NCBI GenBank assembly: GCA_030390025.1
Contig: CM059432.1
Coordinates: 137,208,001-137,272,000, forward strand
Direction of reading: 5' to 3'
From: Squalus acanthias
Lineage: Eukaryota
Length of the DNA: 64,000 nt
Shown: piece after piece, positions 1-12,124 of the stretch
Layout of the letters: each line of letters opens with the position of its first letter
How positions within the stretch are numbered: the first letter of the stretch is position 1
The notes under the pieces: model-generated
Databases searched by the model: none
What the model was told of the DNA's origin: nothing
What the model saw: the letters and a program-made list of their open reading frames with translations, nothing else
Made by a program: the position numbers and the translations under genes

Positions 1-701
1 TGCTAGGTATGACTCTAGCCAGTGGAGAGTTTTTCCCCTGATTCCCATTGACTACAATATCACATAAGCAGTCTAGCTTTGTTGAATGTCACAGTTTATC
101 TGCTCATACCTAATGGATCATACAATACAAAGAATGCATTTAGACTTGACTTATCACCAGGATCATGATACACACACACACAGCCATGATAGAAAAGAAT
201 AGTTTGCTGACATTAAGAATAAGTTATGAAATTTATCAAGGCTAGATCATCAGATACTGCAAGGCAGCAGACTGGCAAAAAAAATTAAAATCGATTACAT
301 TTGACCGTGACACTTATCTTGATTATGCTAATTGCAAGATACAAATTAATATTAAAATTGATATGCTCATGGGCTGATGCTGATAAGAAAATTGTTCGCG
401 ATCTTATGACAATATTCCTGGACAAATGAATGTGAGTTGACATTTGTACACGATAAACCAATGGTTCGTTCAGTTGGTACAATGAAAGGTGGAATTTTGA
501 CCACTGCAGATCTAAGACAATGGGCCAGATGAAAATATAACGGCACCTGAACAACGCACACCATTATTAATGCGCAAATCAGCCAGCAACTTGTGGCGAG
601 GAAGAGATACCCTGTGAATTGCGAATCACCACAAGTTGCGAGACGATTTGCGGCACTTCAGCCGTTAGCTTCACGAAAATGGCATCTCATCCTCATCCTC
701 C

Positions 702-2149
702 TGTAGAACACACTATTTGCTGTAAAAGTTGACCAAAGTTTACCATCATTCTTCGCGAGGACAAAGACTGGTTGCTGTGAGAACTTTGCAAAATAAATTG
801 TTTGACTTGTAAGCTGTAAAAGCTGCCAATTGTCTTTCAACAGATATGGAAAACAAGCTTATTGAAGTTCTGTGGGAACAGACTATTGACTGAAATCAGT
901 GCAATAACAGCAACATCTTCAGACTATGGAATGTACCTAGCCTTGAAGGCCCACAGGTGCCTAACGGACTAGTGATAAGAGGGAAACAACTGCCGACCAT
1001 TATGCCGTATAGTTAGGGACACGTAGGCAATGGCAGGGTTACCAAATTTTGGGGTATAAAAGGTACTGGCCCAGAAATTGATCTCGCTCTGTTCCCGCGG
1101 GGGTAAGGCTTTCCCGCGATCTCTCACCTCGCTTGTGCTTTTTCAGATCCAGCTCGCACGAACTTGATGTTCTAGAGATCAGCTGGGCAGTGCTTGCGTA
1201 TCCCAGCGGCGTAGTGAATTCGTGCGAGCTGTGGGATCACGTGACTCAGTTAGAGCCAATGGCAGCACACCATCTTCCATTCATAAGTTTCACAGCACGG
1301 CTGTGAAATCTATGAATCTTACACCCCCCCAAAATAACAGCTAAACCTCAATTAAATTTTAAAAAAAAACCATCACATTAATAAAATAAGTATAGTTAAT
1401 TAAATTAACCATTTTAAATAAAAAATTAAATTTTTGAAAAAATTTAAAATCTTTTAAAAAGTTATAAAAATAAACTTACCTGTCTTTAAAGTCTCTAAAA
1501 AAGATATACCTGTTAAAAAAAATTCAAAAAAATACTTAATTCACTACTTACCTTCTTAAAAGTGGGTCTTACTCCTCCTTTTTACATTTCCAAAATCTTC
1601 CGTACTTACCTGCGCGTCCAAAGCATGAAGTGCACAGCGTGCGCGCAGCCTGTAGCGCGCACGCGATGCACCGAGGACCCGCCCCCTTTTCAGAAGAGCA
1701 ATTGCCGGTTTTCAGCGCATGCGCAGGGCATGCAGAAAACCGGCAATTGGAGTGGGAATACGCGAGAGTACGCAGTGCGTACTCTCGCGTCCCGGGAACA
1801 ATTTTCGGCCCATTGTTTCAAAACATTGGGGGCTGCAGTCGGGGCTATAGTCGCTGGTGACCTGGTCAGTTGCCAGTTAAAGTTAGTCATACGTCTAGTC
1901 ATCGTTGAAATGACCTCTCATCTGGTGAATAGTAATGTCTGTGATTTTGCTTATAATCACCTGAGCTTAAAGTAAATGATTTTTAGATGCTTGCTTGTAA
2001 TAAGTACATGAATTAAGTACAGTTTGTATTCTGGTAATTACTTGTAACCTCTTGTTAATTTTAAGTAAAAGAAGTTTCACAGATTCATTGGGCTTTGTGT
2101 TGTCTTTTCCATGGGTCTGAACTCTATAAACTGTCAGACAATCAGAACA
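702..2149 (+). mobile_element. Probable solo LTR, interrupted by the MITE at 1068-1811
   Basis: Begins TGTAG and ends CA; GGGTATAAAAG TATA box at about 1052; AGTAAA poly(A)-like signals at about 1971 and 2024; sits inside the 522-3534 element. No clean TSD. Confidence 0.45.
1068..1811. mobile_element. Harbinger-type MITE, family A (about 740 bp)
   Basis: TIRs GGCCCAGAAATT / AATTTTCGGCCC; flanks ACT/ATT; homologous to 27611-28351, 41732-42492 and 45646-46380. Confidence 0.85.
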
Positions 2150-2586
2150 TGAGTTTCATGTAGTTGCTACATTTGCACATCAATTACCCATTAAACTCGC
2201 CACAGAAAGACAAGTCTAGTAATTATCAGCGGAAGTACCCTTTTAACAATGTGATAATTGTTAATGACTGCCAATCAAACCCTTTGGCACAGAAAATTAA
2301 CAATTATACGTGTAGAGTCTCATTTCTTCAGATTGTGAATTGTTTTAGGAGGTTTTAAAAACGTCAAATTTCAAATTTCAAATTTTTACCTTTTTTTCTT
2401 ACTTTTCCTTTCTGTCTCTTTTTTTCTCTTTCTCTCTTAATCCAATCTTTCTTTCCCTCTCTTTATTTCTCTTTCTGTACCTGATTTGACATTGCATTCA
2501 CCCTCTCTCATTCACCCTATTTCTTTCGCAGTCCTTCCTCTGTTTAGTTCTCAATCCTTTAATCTCATTGGTTAAGGAGATACACT

Positions 2587-3360
2587 GGGCCGTAATTTGC
2601 GACCCCTACGGGTGCGTAGGAGGTGCGTACGCGCCCGTAAGGGCCGCACAAGTTGCGGGTTTAGGCATGCACTGCGCACGCGCTAAAACCCGGAACTTGC
2701 GATCTGTCAAGAATGTTCTTGACAGATCCCCCGCATCCCCGGGTAAAGGGTCTCTGCAGGCGGAGAGTTGGGCTATTTGCCCAACTTCTGCCCAGCGAAT
2801 GCCCGTGAAATTCTTACGCTTGGTAAAAGTAGGCGTAAGGCCTGCTTTTACCAGCGTAAGAGTTTAAAAAACAGAAAGATAAAATGTTATCAATAATTTA
2901 TACATTTAAAAACCTGTGAAATAAGGCAAGTTTATTCTTAGCCCCTTTAAAACATGTACATTTATTTTCCAAAATGTTAAATTTTTGTTTTAAATATTTA
3001 ATTAAATGCCATTTTAATTAATTTTAAATATGTGATGGTTTTATTTTTTATTTATTTGATGTGTAGAGGTATTTTTGGGGGTATTCCCGTTTATACTTAT
3101 GGGATTTCCGTACATACGGAATCCCCATAAGCATGAATGGGGATCCCCCTTCTGTCATTGGTTGGGCCGGCCCACGTGATCCCAGGGGTGCTTGCGAACT
3201 GCCTGCGGCCCTGAGATACGCGGGCCTCTTCCCCCGGGTACCCGGAGAGGCCCAGGACCGTGAGTCTCCGTACCTCCTGGACCACCAGGTAGGCGCGGAT
3301 TTTATTCGCGGATCGGAGGCATTTTCCCCGCGGGAAGCCTCCGACCGCAAATTCAGGGCC
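2587..3360. mobile_element. Harbinger-type MITE, divergent relative of family A
   Basis: TIRs GGGCCGTAATTT / AAATTCAGGGCC; flanks ACT/ATT; shares the CCCACGTGATCCCAGGGG module and AT-rich core with family A. Confidence 0.8.
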
Positions 3361-3564
3361 ATTGTTTTTTCCGTCATTCACCAAGGTCCCAGATGCCCTG
3401 TTGTCCTCGCCGCACCGCCATCAGCTCACACTTCCAGCAGTTTGTAGGCAAAAGATTTTAAAACCTACATGTGCACGAACAAGTCTAACTAACGGGGCAT
3501 GCGCGAGATGCCCCATTCCAGCAAAATCTGGCCCAATAATTATATTTGCAAAAAAGCAAATTAC

Positions 3565-3652
3565 TGCAGATGCTGTAAATCTGAAATAAAAGCAGAAAAT
3601 GCTGGAAATTCTCAGCAGGTCAGGCTGCATCCATGGAAAGAGAGAAACAGAG
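3565..3652 (-). mobile_element. Penelope-like terminal repeat fragment
   Basis: Matches CTGAAATAAAA..CAGAAAATGCTGGAAAT..CTCAGCAGGTCAGG at 33848 and 37367; truncated before the hammerhead motif. Confidence 0.65.
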
Positions 3653-3654
3653 CC

Positions 3655-4665
3655 CCCCCCCTCCTATTTCTCACCTACATGCTGCCCCTCGGCGACATCA
3701 TCCAAAGACACAACATCAGGTTCCACATGTACGTTGACGTCACCCAGCTCTACCTCAACATCACCTCTCTTGACCCCTCCACTGTCTCTAATTTGTCACA
3801 CGGCTTGTCCGACATCCAGTACTGAATGAGCAGAAATTTCCTTCAACTAAATATTGGGAAGGCCGCAGGTATCGTCTTCAGTCCCCGCCACCAACTCCGT
3901 TCCCTAGCCACCGACCCCGTCCCTCTCCCCGGCAACTGTCTGAAGCTGAACCAGACCGTTCGTGACCTTGGTGTCGTATTTGACCGCAAGGTGAGCTTCC
4001 GACTGCATATCCGCTCCATCACCAAGACCGCCTACTTCCACCTCCGTAACATCGCTCGTCTCCGCCCCTGCCTCTGCTGCGGAAACCCTCCTCCATGCCT
4101 TTATTACCTCAAGACATTACGATTCCAACGCTCTCCTGGACGATCTCCCATCTTCCACCCTCCATAAACTTGAGCTCATCCAAAACTCTGCTGCCCCGTA
4201 TCCTAACTTGCACTAAGTCCCATTTACTCATCACCTCTGTGCTCGCTGACCTACATTGACTCCCAGTCCAGCAACGCCTTGATTTTAAAATTCTCATCCT
4301 TGTTTTCAAAGCCCCCCATGGCCTTGCGAACCCGTATCTCTGTAACTTCCTCCAGCCCTAAAACCCTCCGAGATCTCTGTGCTCCTCCAATTCTGGCCTC
4401 TTGCACATCCCCGATTTTAATCGCTCCACCATTGGCAGCCATGCCTTCATCTGCCTGGGCCCTAAGCTCTGGAATTTCCTCCCTAAACCTCTCTGTCTCT
4501 TTCTTTAAGATGCTCCTTAAAACCTCCCAATAGACCAAGCTTTTGGCCACCTGTCCCAATGTGGTTCGGTGTCAAATTTTTGTTTGATTACGCTCCTGTG
4601 AAGCGCCTTGGGATGTTTTACTCCATTAAAGGCGCTATATAAATGCAAGTTGTCGTCGTTGTTGC
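3655..4665 (+). mobile_element. L2-clade LINE, 5'-truncated, RT 3' part with frameshifts
   Basis: Translations YMLPLGDIIQRHNIRFHMYVDVTQLYL and MSRNFLQLNIGK..AYFHLRNIARLRP; 3' end GGCGCTATATAAATGCAAGTTG(TTG)n. Confidence 0.92.
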
Positions 4666-5044
4666 AGTTGGCAAAGAAACAATTATTTATTTTTCAGGAA
4701 GCAATCCAAAAATATGTCACTGTCTCTGGGGACATCTCTGACAAACTTTTACCCAAATATTTTCCACTGGAGTGGCACGCTCCTCCAGTTCCTCACCCCA
4801 CTCACTATCCCTTACCTCCCCTGCCACCCCCCACCCCACTCCCCCACCCCACTCCCCCACCCTTGCAACAGCAGAACCTCTGACTCACCAGAAGCCACAC
4901 CAGAGGAACTCTGCTGCTTAAACTGAATGGTGGGTGGCATGTCTTTTTTCCAATTGGATGAGGTCTACCGTACCAAAGACGCTGGAAGAAAGCTAACAAT
5001 GACGTCAAATTTATTTTCTGGGCAACTATTTTCCCACACTTTTA

Positions 5045-5180
5045 GCAAAGTGAATGAACCTATCGGCCACCTGGAACAGCACATCTGTTACTTCCTGACT
5101 GCAGATGGTACTGAGGAACTGATCACATAGTCCCATGGCAATAGCAGTGGAGGTTCTGTGCTTCAATGCACTGGTAACAA
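5045..5180 (-). pseudogene. Possible degraded Harbinger (HARBI1-like) transposase fragment
   Basis: Minus frame reads GLCDQFLSTICSQEVTDVLFQVADRFIHF, resembling the VTDAL...FIxF segment of Harbinger transposases. Judged by eye only. Confidence 0.35.
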
Positions 5181-5544
5181 AGGGGTACATTTTAATCTAC
5201 AGTGCTCCAGGAAGAGCTCTGGAGTGCACATCAGAAATTTGCTTGCACATTGCTGATGATCTCAGTCCATTACAATCAAAATGTGCAAAATATTCGGAGC
5301 CTTTCCAAGGGTTATGTAAGGGTAATGAAGTGGCAGCCAAAAAGCACACACAACAGCAAACCCAGTGTAGAGGCACAAGCCAGAAAGGGACCGTAAAGGG
5401 GCAGCCGAACCCCAAAGGTGATAGGGTTCCAGGGGACTGCGGTAATCGGGAATGGGGGAGGGAAATGGATGAGAGGCCAGGCTAGAATCAAAACCCCAGC
5501 TCTCCAAGCCTATCATGGTAACTTAGGGGCCTTCTAAACTTCAT

Positions 5545-5940
5545 AACATAGTAGCAGTTTCAGGCAGTAGAAGACCTTTGGACCATCTAGCCCACCAATC
5601 CACAGTACTCCCTTGGTGCATTTCTAACAACCTTGAATCCCAATTTGTTGACTAGAATGTGTCTCATTCCTTCTTGAAATCCATTAAGGCCTCTTGTTCC
5701 ACCACCCCTGCCAGTAATCTGTTCCATATACTTACCACCCTTTTAGTAAAAAAAGATGCTCCTGCATTTCCTATTTTCCTTTGTTGTCCTTAATTTATAA
5801 AATTACCTCTTGTGCTTAAATTCTGTACATGGAAGGAAAGTTTACTTGGATCCAATTTGAATCTCGTGGTCCTCCCCTGAACCTTTTCTAAGGTCCTTAT
5901 ATCAGCTACAATGTCAGGTGACCAAAACTGGACACAGTTA
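5545..5940 (-). mobile_element. Old CR1 LINE 3' fragment
   Basis: Minus translation NCVQFWSP..DIRTLEKVQGRTTR, typical of the CR1 ORF2 C-terminus. Confidence 0.65.
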
Positions 5941-5997
5941 CCAGTTATTTCCATGGTGGTTCTCCCAATTGTCCTCCTTGTACAAAGACAGTATGAT

Positions 5998-6771
5998 GGC
6001 CAAGAATTTGCAATCAGCGGCCTGGCTATGGAGTATGCCGCCAACCTCCGAAAGGAATTCGAAATTGCCTGATGTGAGGCCCCACACATAAACTTGCTGT
6101 CAAACGCTGCGGAGTTGTGCGCAGCGTAGTGACCCACGGATCCCAGGGCGCACCGTGTGCGTAAGCATACCTGGGATCACGTGGAGTGGCGCTCCAATCA
6201 GCAAACAGAAATCTCCAATGCACATTCATAAAAATCCTTGTCTCACTCACCCCGGTAAATTAATAGGTAAATTAACAAATAAATCAGCCCAGTAAATTAA
6301 TAAATAAATCAGTCTCTCACTCACCCTGGTAAATTAATAAATAAATCACCCCAGTAAATTCAAAAATAAATCAGTCTCTCATTTTTGGTAGAGTTTTGTT
6401 GGGATCAGGAGATAGTTAGGTGGCTATAGATTTATTTTGAAGAGATCTTTTATCACGACAGGTCTTCATTTCAGGCTGCTGCATATTCCCCCCTCACCTT
6501 ACGCTGTGCAAACAAGCTCCTGCGCCTGTTTGCACCAGCCATAAAATTTTTATGCAAAATTGCTGGGCAGTTGAAGGACAATTAGCCCAACTCTGCGCCA
6601 GCAATAAGGACTTCACAGTTGGAGCGGATCATCTGTCAAGTCAGAACTTGACAGATCGCAAGTTCGGGATTTAGCACAGGTGTGGAAATCCCGAACTTGC
6701 TGTCCATTTCAAAGGTGGTATGACAATGTACTCTGAGAGTACGCCATCATACCGACTGCAAATTCTGCCCC
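5998..6771. mobile_element. Harbinger-type MITE related to 2587-3360, opposite orientation
   Basis: TIRs GGCCAAGAATTT / AAATTCTGCCCC; CCTGGGATCACGTGG module; palindrome ATCTGTCAAGT..ACTTGACAGAT; internal tandem repeats at 6240-6380. Confidence 0.75.
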
Positions 6772-7551
6772 AATATATTTTGTTTTGTGTTTAATCATCC
6801 CTTAGACCTATAAAAACTTTCCAAAAACTGGTTGATGTTGATGTTATGATCTCTGTCAGTGCCGGCTTTCCTCTGCATCCAGCCTAAGCCATGCCTGACC
6901 TAAAGCCTTAATGTTGACGCTGGATCCCAATACTAGGAAAATATTCATCCCTTATCTTGTTGCTAGAGTACAGCAGTATAAAATCAAGTGAATCCTAGAG
7001 CCAACAGCACCCATTCTGTCACTCAACTGTCAGGTTCTAGACAGCAGGGATATATCCAGAAAGATCAAAGCAAAAGGCAAGAAGTTAGAAAACAGGACTT
7101 GGACACATAGGCAAAGAATTTCCGTGAGGTTCTCCCTATCTCCCGCCAGAATGTTGAAAGCCTAAACAAATGGAGTGAACGGTCATTTTTAGTTGTTTTT
7201 CCTGCTTCTTCTGCCAAAATTACAGCAGGAAACTGGCAGAACTTCCATGGAAATTCCAGGCACTATTTCACAGGGTAACTTATATTGGAACACCAGCTAT
7301 TACACTGGCAGCCTGAGTTAGAATTTATTTTTAACTTAACCCTAGTTGCTGGAGTGCCAGCTTCAGATTGCTGACAGCTGGTACGATGCTGGAGAAAACT
7401 ATGAAGCAATTTTAAAATGCCTTTAGTCATAAACATTATTGAAATTAGTGAAAATAGAGCTTTTTTTGTAGGTTGTGTCCCTACTTCTAAGGGTATCTTA
7501 AGATGTTTTATTTTCAATCTATGTTTATATACTGAAAAGTTGAAGATTTTG

Positions 7552-8491
7552 GGGCTAGAAATTCATGTACTTATTGCCACTCCGTAATGCCATGAAATGG
7601 CAAAAAAATGGTGGCGGGTTCCCGCGGCGGCTGCCATTTTCCTCCTTCTCTTTGCGCTGCCGGTAACTGGCAGTACCCTGGAAAAAAAAAACGGCATGGT
7701 GACGTCAATCGGCATGCAACGCCGACTTAATGCCACCACTCCAAACTTTGACCCTAGCGCTGAATTCAGCGCTGGGTCCTAAGTGGCATGCAAACAAGCT
7801 GATAGTGGCGATGTCAGCACCTTTTAAAGGGACACACACATCTTTCAGGTAAGTTTGCATTGAAGCTTTTGGACTGGGTGCCCCTTCTCTGGCTTACTGA
7901 GCCATTTGTGTTAGTGCTGAAACAGTTTTCCCATTTTTTTGAGGTTCGGAAAGGAATTCAGCTTTAAGAGCTGAATAATCACATTTGGGACTTCTTTTTA
8001 ATGTAAAAATTTTTTTGAAAGGCAGTAAGGGCTGAAAACATGTATTTTTTCACTGCATTTTAATTTGTATTAGATCTGAATGCCCCCTTTAATTCATATC
8101 CCTTTTAATTGCCCACAATTGCTTGCAAGCTCCACAGAAAAGAAGAAAGGAGAGAGACTTACATTTATATAGCGCCTTTCACGACCACCGGACGTCTCAA
8201 AGCGCTTTACAGCCAATGAAGTACTTTTTTTTGGAGTGTAGTCACTGTTGTAATGTTCGGACAGTCTCACTCCCAGAGGCTGTGCGAAGCTCGAACGCCA
8301 CTTCACGACAGGAACTTCGCCTCAGAGGTCTCCATTAACGCCACCAGGAGGGCGTTGGTGGCAAATTAGCGCTGCGCCACCAATCTCCAGCCCCCCAGAT
8401 GAATTTATTCTCCTTAGCATTGCGGCCATTTTCAGCGGCCATTAACTCCAAATTGCCGGTGACTTTCGTGGTGAATACGAATATCTAGGCC
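7552..8491. mobile_element. Harbinger-type non-autonomous element containing a SINE 3' fragment (about 8150-8255)
   Basis: TIRs GGGCTAGAAATT / AATATCTAGGCC; TSD TTG/TTG; homologous to the element starting at 62660. Confidence 0.8.
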
Positions 8492-9245
8492 TTGGTCTCT
8501 CCATCTTGCCTTTGTACAGGCCCAACAGAGATACGTTGGCTTAATTTCTTTTGCTCTGCTTTTCTATCTTCACTTGTGCAAGCCACCATCTTTCAGTGCC
8601 ATGTATCTCCTGTCTCTAAGAAGGTGGGATGGATGGCTGCTCTCAGGCTGCCAGGCAGATGTTGCTCCCCTTCCAACCAGCAAGCAAGAATGCCCCGGAA
8701 GAGTTTCCTGGCCAATTTTCCTCCCCCTGCCAGGAGACTCCACTTGGCATCTCCCCAGGGTATTGTAGCTGAGATTAACTCAATGAGGTGAGGGGGAATC
8801 AAACCTATGTTCTATCACTTTATAATTCCACATACTAATCTTTAAGTTTCCAGTACCAAAACTTTTCTTAAATTCCTCTCTTGCAATTTTTATCACGTAA
8901 CCTTTTAATGTTTCACTTGCTTAGCCTGTCTTGTCTAATTTTAATTATTTTACCTGATTTATGTTTCCCTCTCTCTCTCTCCATGGCCTATTGTCAACAC
9001 TTCTTTTCCACTCTGTCTCTTCCAGCAATGCTTCCCTGAACTTGTGAGTTATCTCTGCTCCCCTGGCTCTATTCAGTCCCCTGCCTTTCAAAGTTTTTTG
9101 TGTGACTGAAAGACTATAAAATCTGTCAGCTTAATGATCAATCTACCATTGAAAGTGTGCTGAACTATGTGACAAGTAATAGTGAAGCAGATGTTTGTGG
9201 TGTACATGGAAAATGAAAAATAATGATTACTTCATACGGCTTAAA

Positions 9246-9526
9246 ACAACTTGCATTTATACAGCACCTTTAATGTAGTAAAATGGCCCAAGGCGCTTCA
9301 CGGGAGCGTTATCAAACAAAATTTGACACCGAGCCATGTAAGGAGATATGAGGACAGAATTTGGTCAAAGAGGTAGGTTTTAAGAGCGTCTTAAAAGAGG
9401 AGAGAGAGGCGGAGAGGTTTAGGGAGGGAATTCCAGAGCTTAGGGCCTCGGCAAGGCCATCAATGGTGGAGTGATAAAAATCGGGGGTGCGTAAGAGGCC
9501 AAAATTGGAGGAACGCAGAGATCTGG
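9246..9526 (-). mobile_element. L2 LINE 3' fragment
   Basis: Reverse complement of the L2 3' end seen at 4380-4665 and 21040-21326. Confidence 0.88.
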
Positions 9527-10127
9527 ACTGGTGATCAACCAGGTGAATTTGATCTCATTTAGAAGAAATAAACCATCTTCCATGTTTTAGATCCAATCTC
9601 AGCACCATGTACTCCGTAGTCAGCTTTATCATATTAAATGTAGGGCAATCCTTCATCATAATTACCTCGGCAATTTGCCTTAACCCAATAGCAGAAAAGG
9701 AATTGTATTCAGCCAACATGATAATGCATTTCAAAACAGCCATTCTTTGACCTTTTCGAGTGAGAGGGAATTTAATTGAAGAATTGTGGACAATTTTGTG
9801 CTGCTGACTCACAGCCACGAGAATTTTGGGTTGAGCTGCTCAAATTGGGTTCACTTAGAATCCTTGTAACTGGCATTGGGCTGAGTTCAGAGGTGAAAGT
9901 ATAATGGGGTAAGAGTTCAGTTTGGGCAGTAGCGCAAAACAGGCGATAGTGAATCAGCAGCCTGCTTCACATTCAATTGGCTTCAATGGAAAAGAAAATC
10001 AGATGGAGTGTAAAACCGTCCACCCCATTGTCCCCCACACACTCCCCCACCCCCCAAAAAAAAGCTGTTGAGGCTAGATCGGTTGCAATGTGAGATTGAC
10101 AGATTTTTATTAGGCAAGGGTATTATG

Positions 10128-10930
10128 GATTTGGATGATTTGGATGAGGGAACCGAATGTAATATTTCCAAGTTTGCTGACGACACAAAACTAGGTGGGA
10201 TTGTGAGCTGTGAGGAGGATGCAAAGAGGCTTCAAGGCGATTTAGACAAGTTGAGTGAGTGGGCAAATACATGGCAGATGCAGTATAACGTGGATAAATG
10301 TGAAGTTATCCACTTCGGTAGGAAAAACAGAAAGGTAGAGTATTATTTAAATGGTGATAGATTGGGAAATGCTGATGTACAAAGGGACCTGGGTGTCCTT
10401 GTACACCAGTCACTGAAAGCAAACATGCAGGTGCAGCAAGCAGTTAGGAAGGCAAATGGTATGTTGGCCTTCATTGCAAGAGGATTTGAGTACAGGAGCA
10501 AGGATGTCTTACTACAGTTGCACAGTGAAATGTTCAACTCTATAGTCTTTCTCAAGGTTTGCTAACCGGAAATCTTTTTACTTGAAGTAGATCATGGCTG
10601 GGGGGTCTAGAACGAGGTTGTCACAGTCTCAGGATACGGGGTAGGACATTTAGGGCTGAGATGAGGAGAAATTTCTTCACTCAGAGGGTGGTGAACCTGT
10701 GGAATTCTCTACCACAGAAGGCTGTGGAGGCCAAGTCACTGAATATTTTTAAGAAGGAGATAGATAGATTTCTAGACACAAAAGGCATCAAGGGGTATGG
10801 GGAGAGAGTGGGAATATGATATTGAGATAGAGGATCAGACATGATCATATTGAATGGCGGAGCAGGCTCGAGGGGCCGAATGGCCTACTCCTGCTCCTAT
10901 TTTTCTATGTTTTTTCTATGTTTCTATGTA
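10128..10930 (+). mobile_element. CR1 LINE 3' fragment, internally deleted
   Basis: [44 protein letters not shown]1 3' UTR with (TTCTATGT)n tail. Confidence 0.93.
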
Positions 10931-11532
10931 TTCAGGTATACGGAACCAAGGCAGGTAAATGGAGTTAAGATACATATCATCCATGATCTAATTGGCATAT
11001 AATTGACAAATGAATTTCAACACAAATGAGTGTGGGGTAGTACGTTTTGGTAAGAAAAATAAGGAGGTCACGTATTACTTGGAAAAAAAGAATCCAAATG
11101 GGGTAAAGGAGCAAAGGGATCTCAGTACAAATACTCAAATCACTAAAAGTAGCGACACAGGTTAACAAGGCCAAGAAAAAAGCAAACCAAGCACTAGGGT
11201 TTATTTCTAGAGGGATAGAATTAAAAGTAGAGAAGTTATGCTAAACTCGTATCGAACCTTGATTAGACCACACTGTGTACAGTTTTGGTCGCCATATTAT
11301 AAAAAGGATACAGAGACACTAAAGAGAACGCAAAAAAGATTTACTAGGATGATACCAGAAATGCAAGGTTATACATATCAGGAAAGGATGAACAGGCTGG
11401 GTCTCTTTTCTCTTGAAAAGAGAAGGCTGAGGGGTGACCTAATAGAGATGTTTAAGATTATGAAAGGTTTTGATAAGACACAGAGAGAGTGTTTCCACTT
11501 GTGGGGAAGAGCAAAACTAGAGGACATCAATA

Positions 11533-12060
11533 TAAGGCACAAGTAAGGAGTGTGATGGAATATTCTCCACTTGCCTGGATGAGTGCAGCTCCAACAACAC
11601 TCAAGAAGCTCGACACCATACAGGACAAAGCAGCCCGCTTGATTGGCACCCCATCCACCACCTTAAACATTCACTCCCTCCACCACTGGCGTACTGTGGC
11701 TGCAGTGTGTACCATCTACAAGATGCACTGTAGCAACTCGCCAAGGCTTCTTCGGCAGCACCTCCCAAACCCGCGACCTCTTCTACTTAGAAGGACAAGG
11801 GCAGCAGCCACATGGGAACACCAGCACCTCCAAGTCACACACCATCCTGACTTAGAAGTATATCGCCGATCCTTCATCATTGCTGGGTCAAAATCCTGGA
11901 ACTCCCTACCTTACAGCACTGTGGGAGTACCTTCACCACGTGGACTGCAGCGGTTCAAGAAGGCGGCTCACCACCACCTTCTCAAGGGCAATTAGGGATG
12001 GGCAATAAATGCCGGCCTTTCCAGTGACGCCCACACCCCATAAAAACAAATTTAAAAAAA
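11533..12060 (+). mobile_element. CR1-group LINE 3' fragment (possibly Crack/Daphne-like), family B
   Basis: KAQVRSVMEYSPLAWMSAAPTTLKKLDTIQDKAARLIG; AATAAA and A-rich tail; multiple copies in the window. Clade assignment is tentative. Confidence 0.8.
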
Positions 12061-12124
12061 GATAGTCACCAAGAAACAAATATGGAATTCAGAAGAAACT
12101 TCTTTACCCAGAGAGTGGTGAGAA

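Larger units (their letters stand above)
522..3534. mobile_element. Non-autonomous PIF/Harbinger-type DNA element, host to nested insertions
   Basis: Left end GGGCCAGATG, right end AAAATCTGGCCC; 3-bp TSD AAT on both sides (519-521, 3535-3537). Interrupted by a probable solo LTR and two MITEs. Confidence 0.7.
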
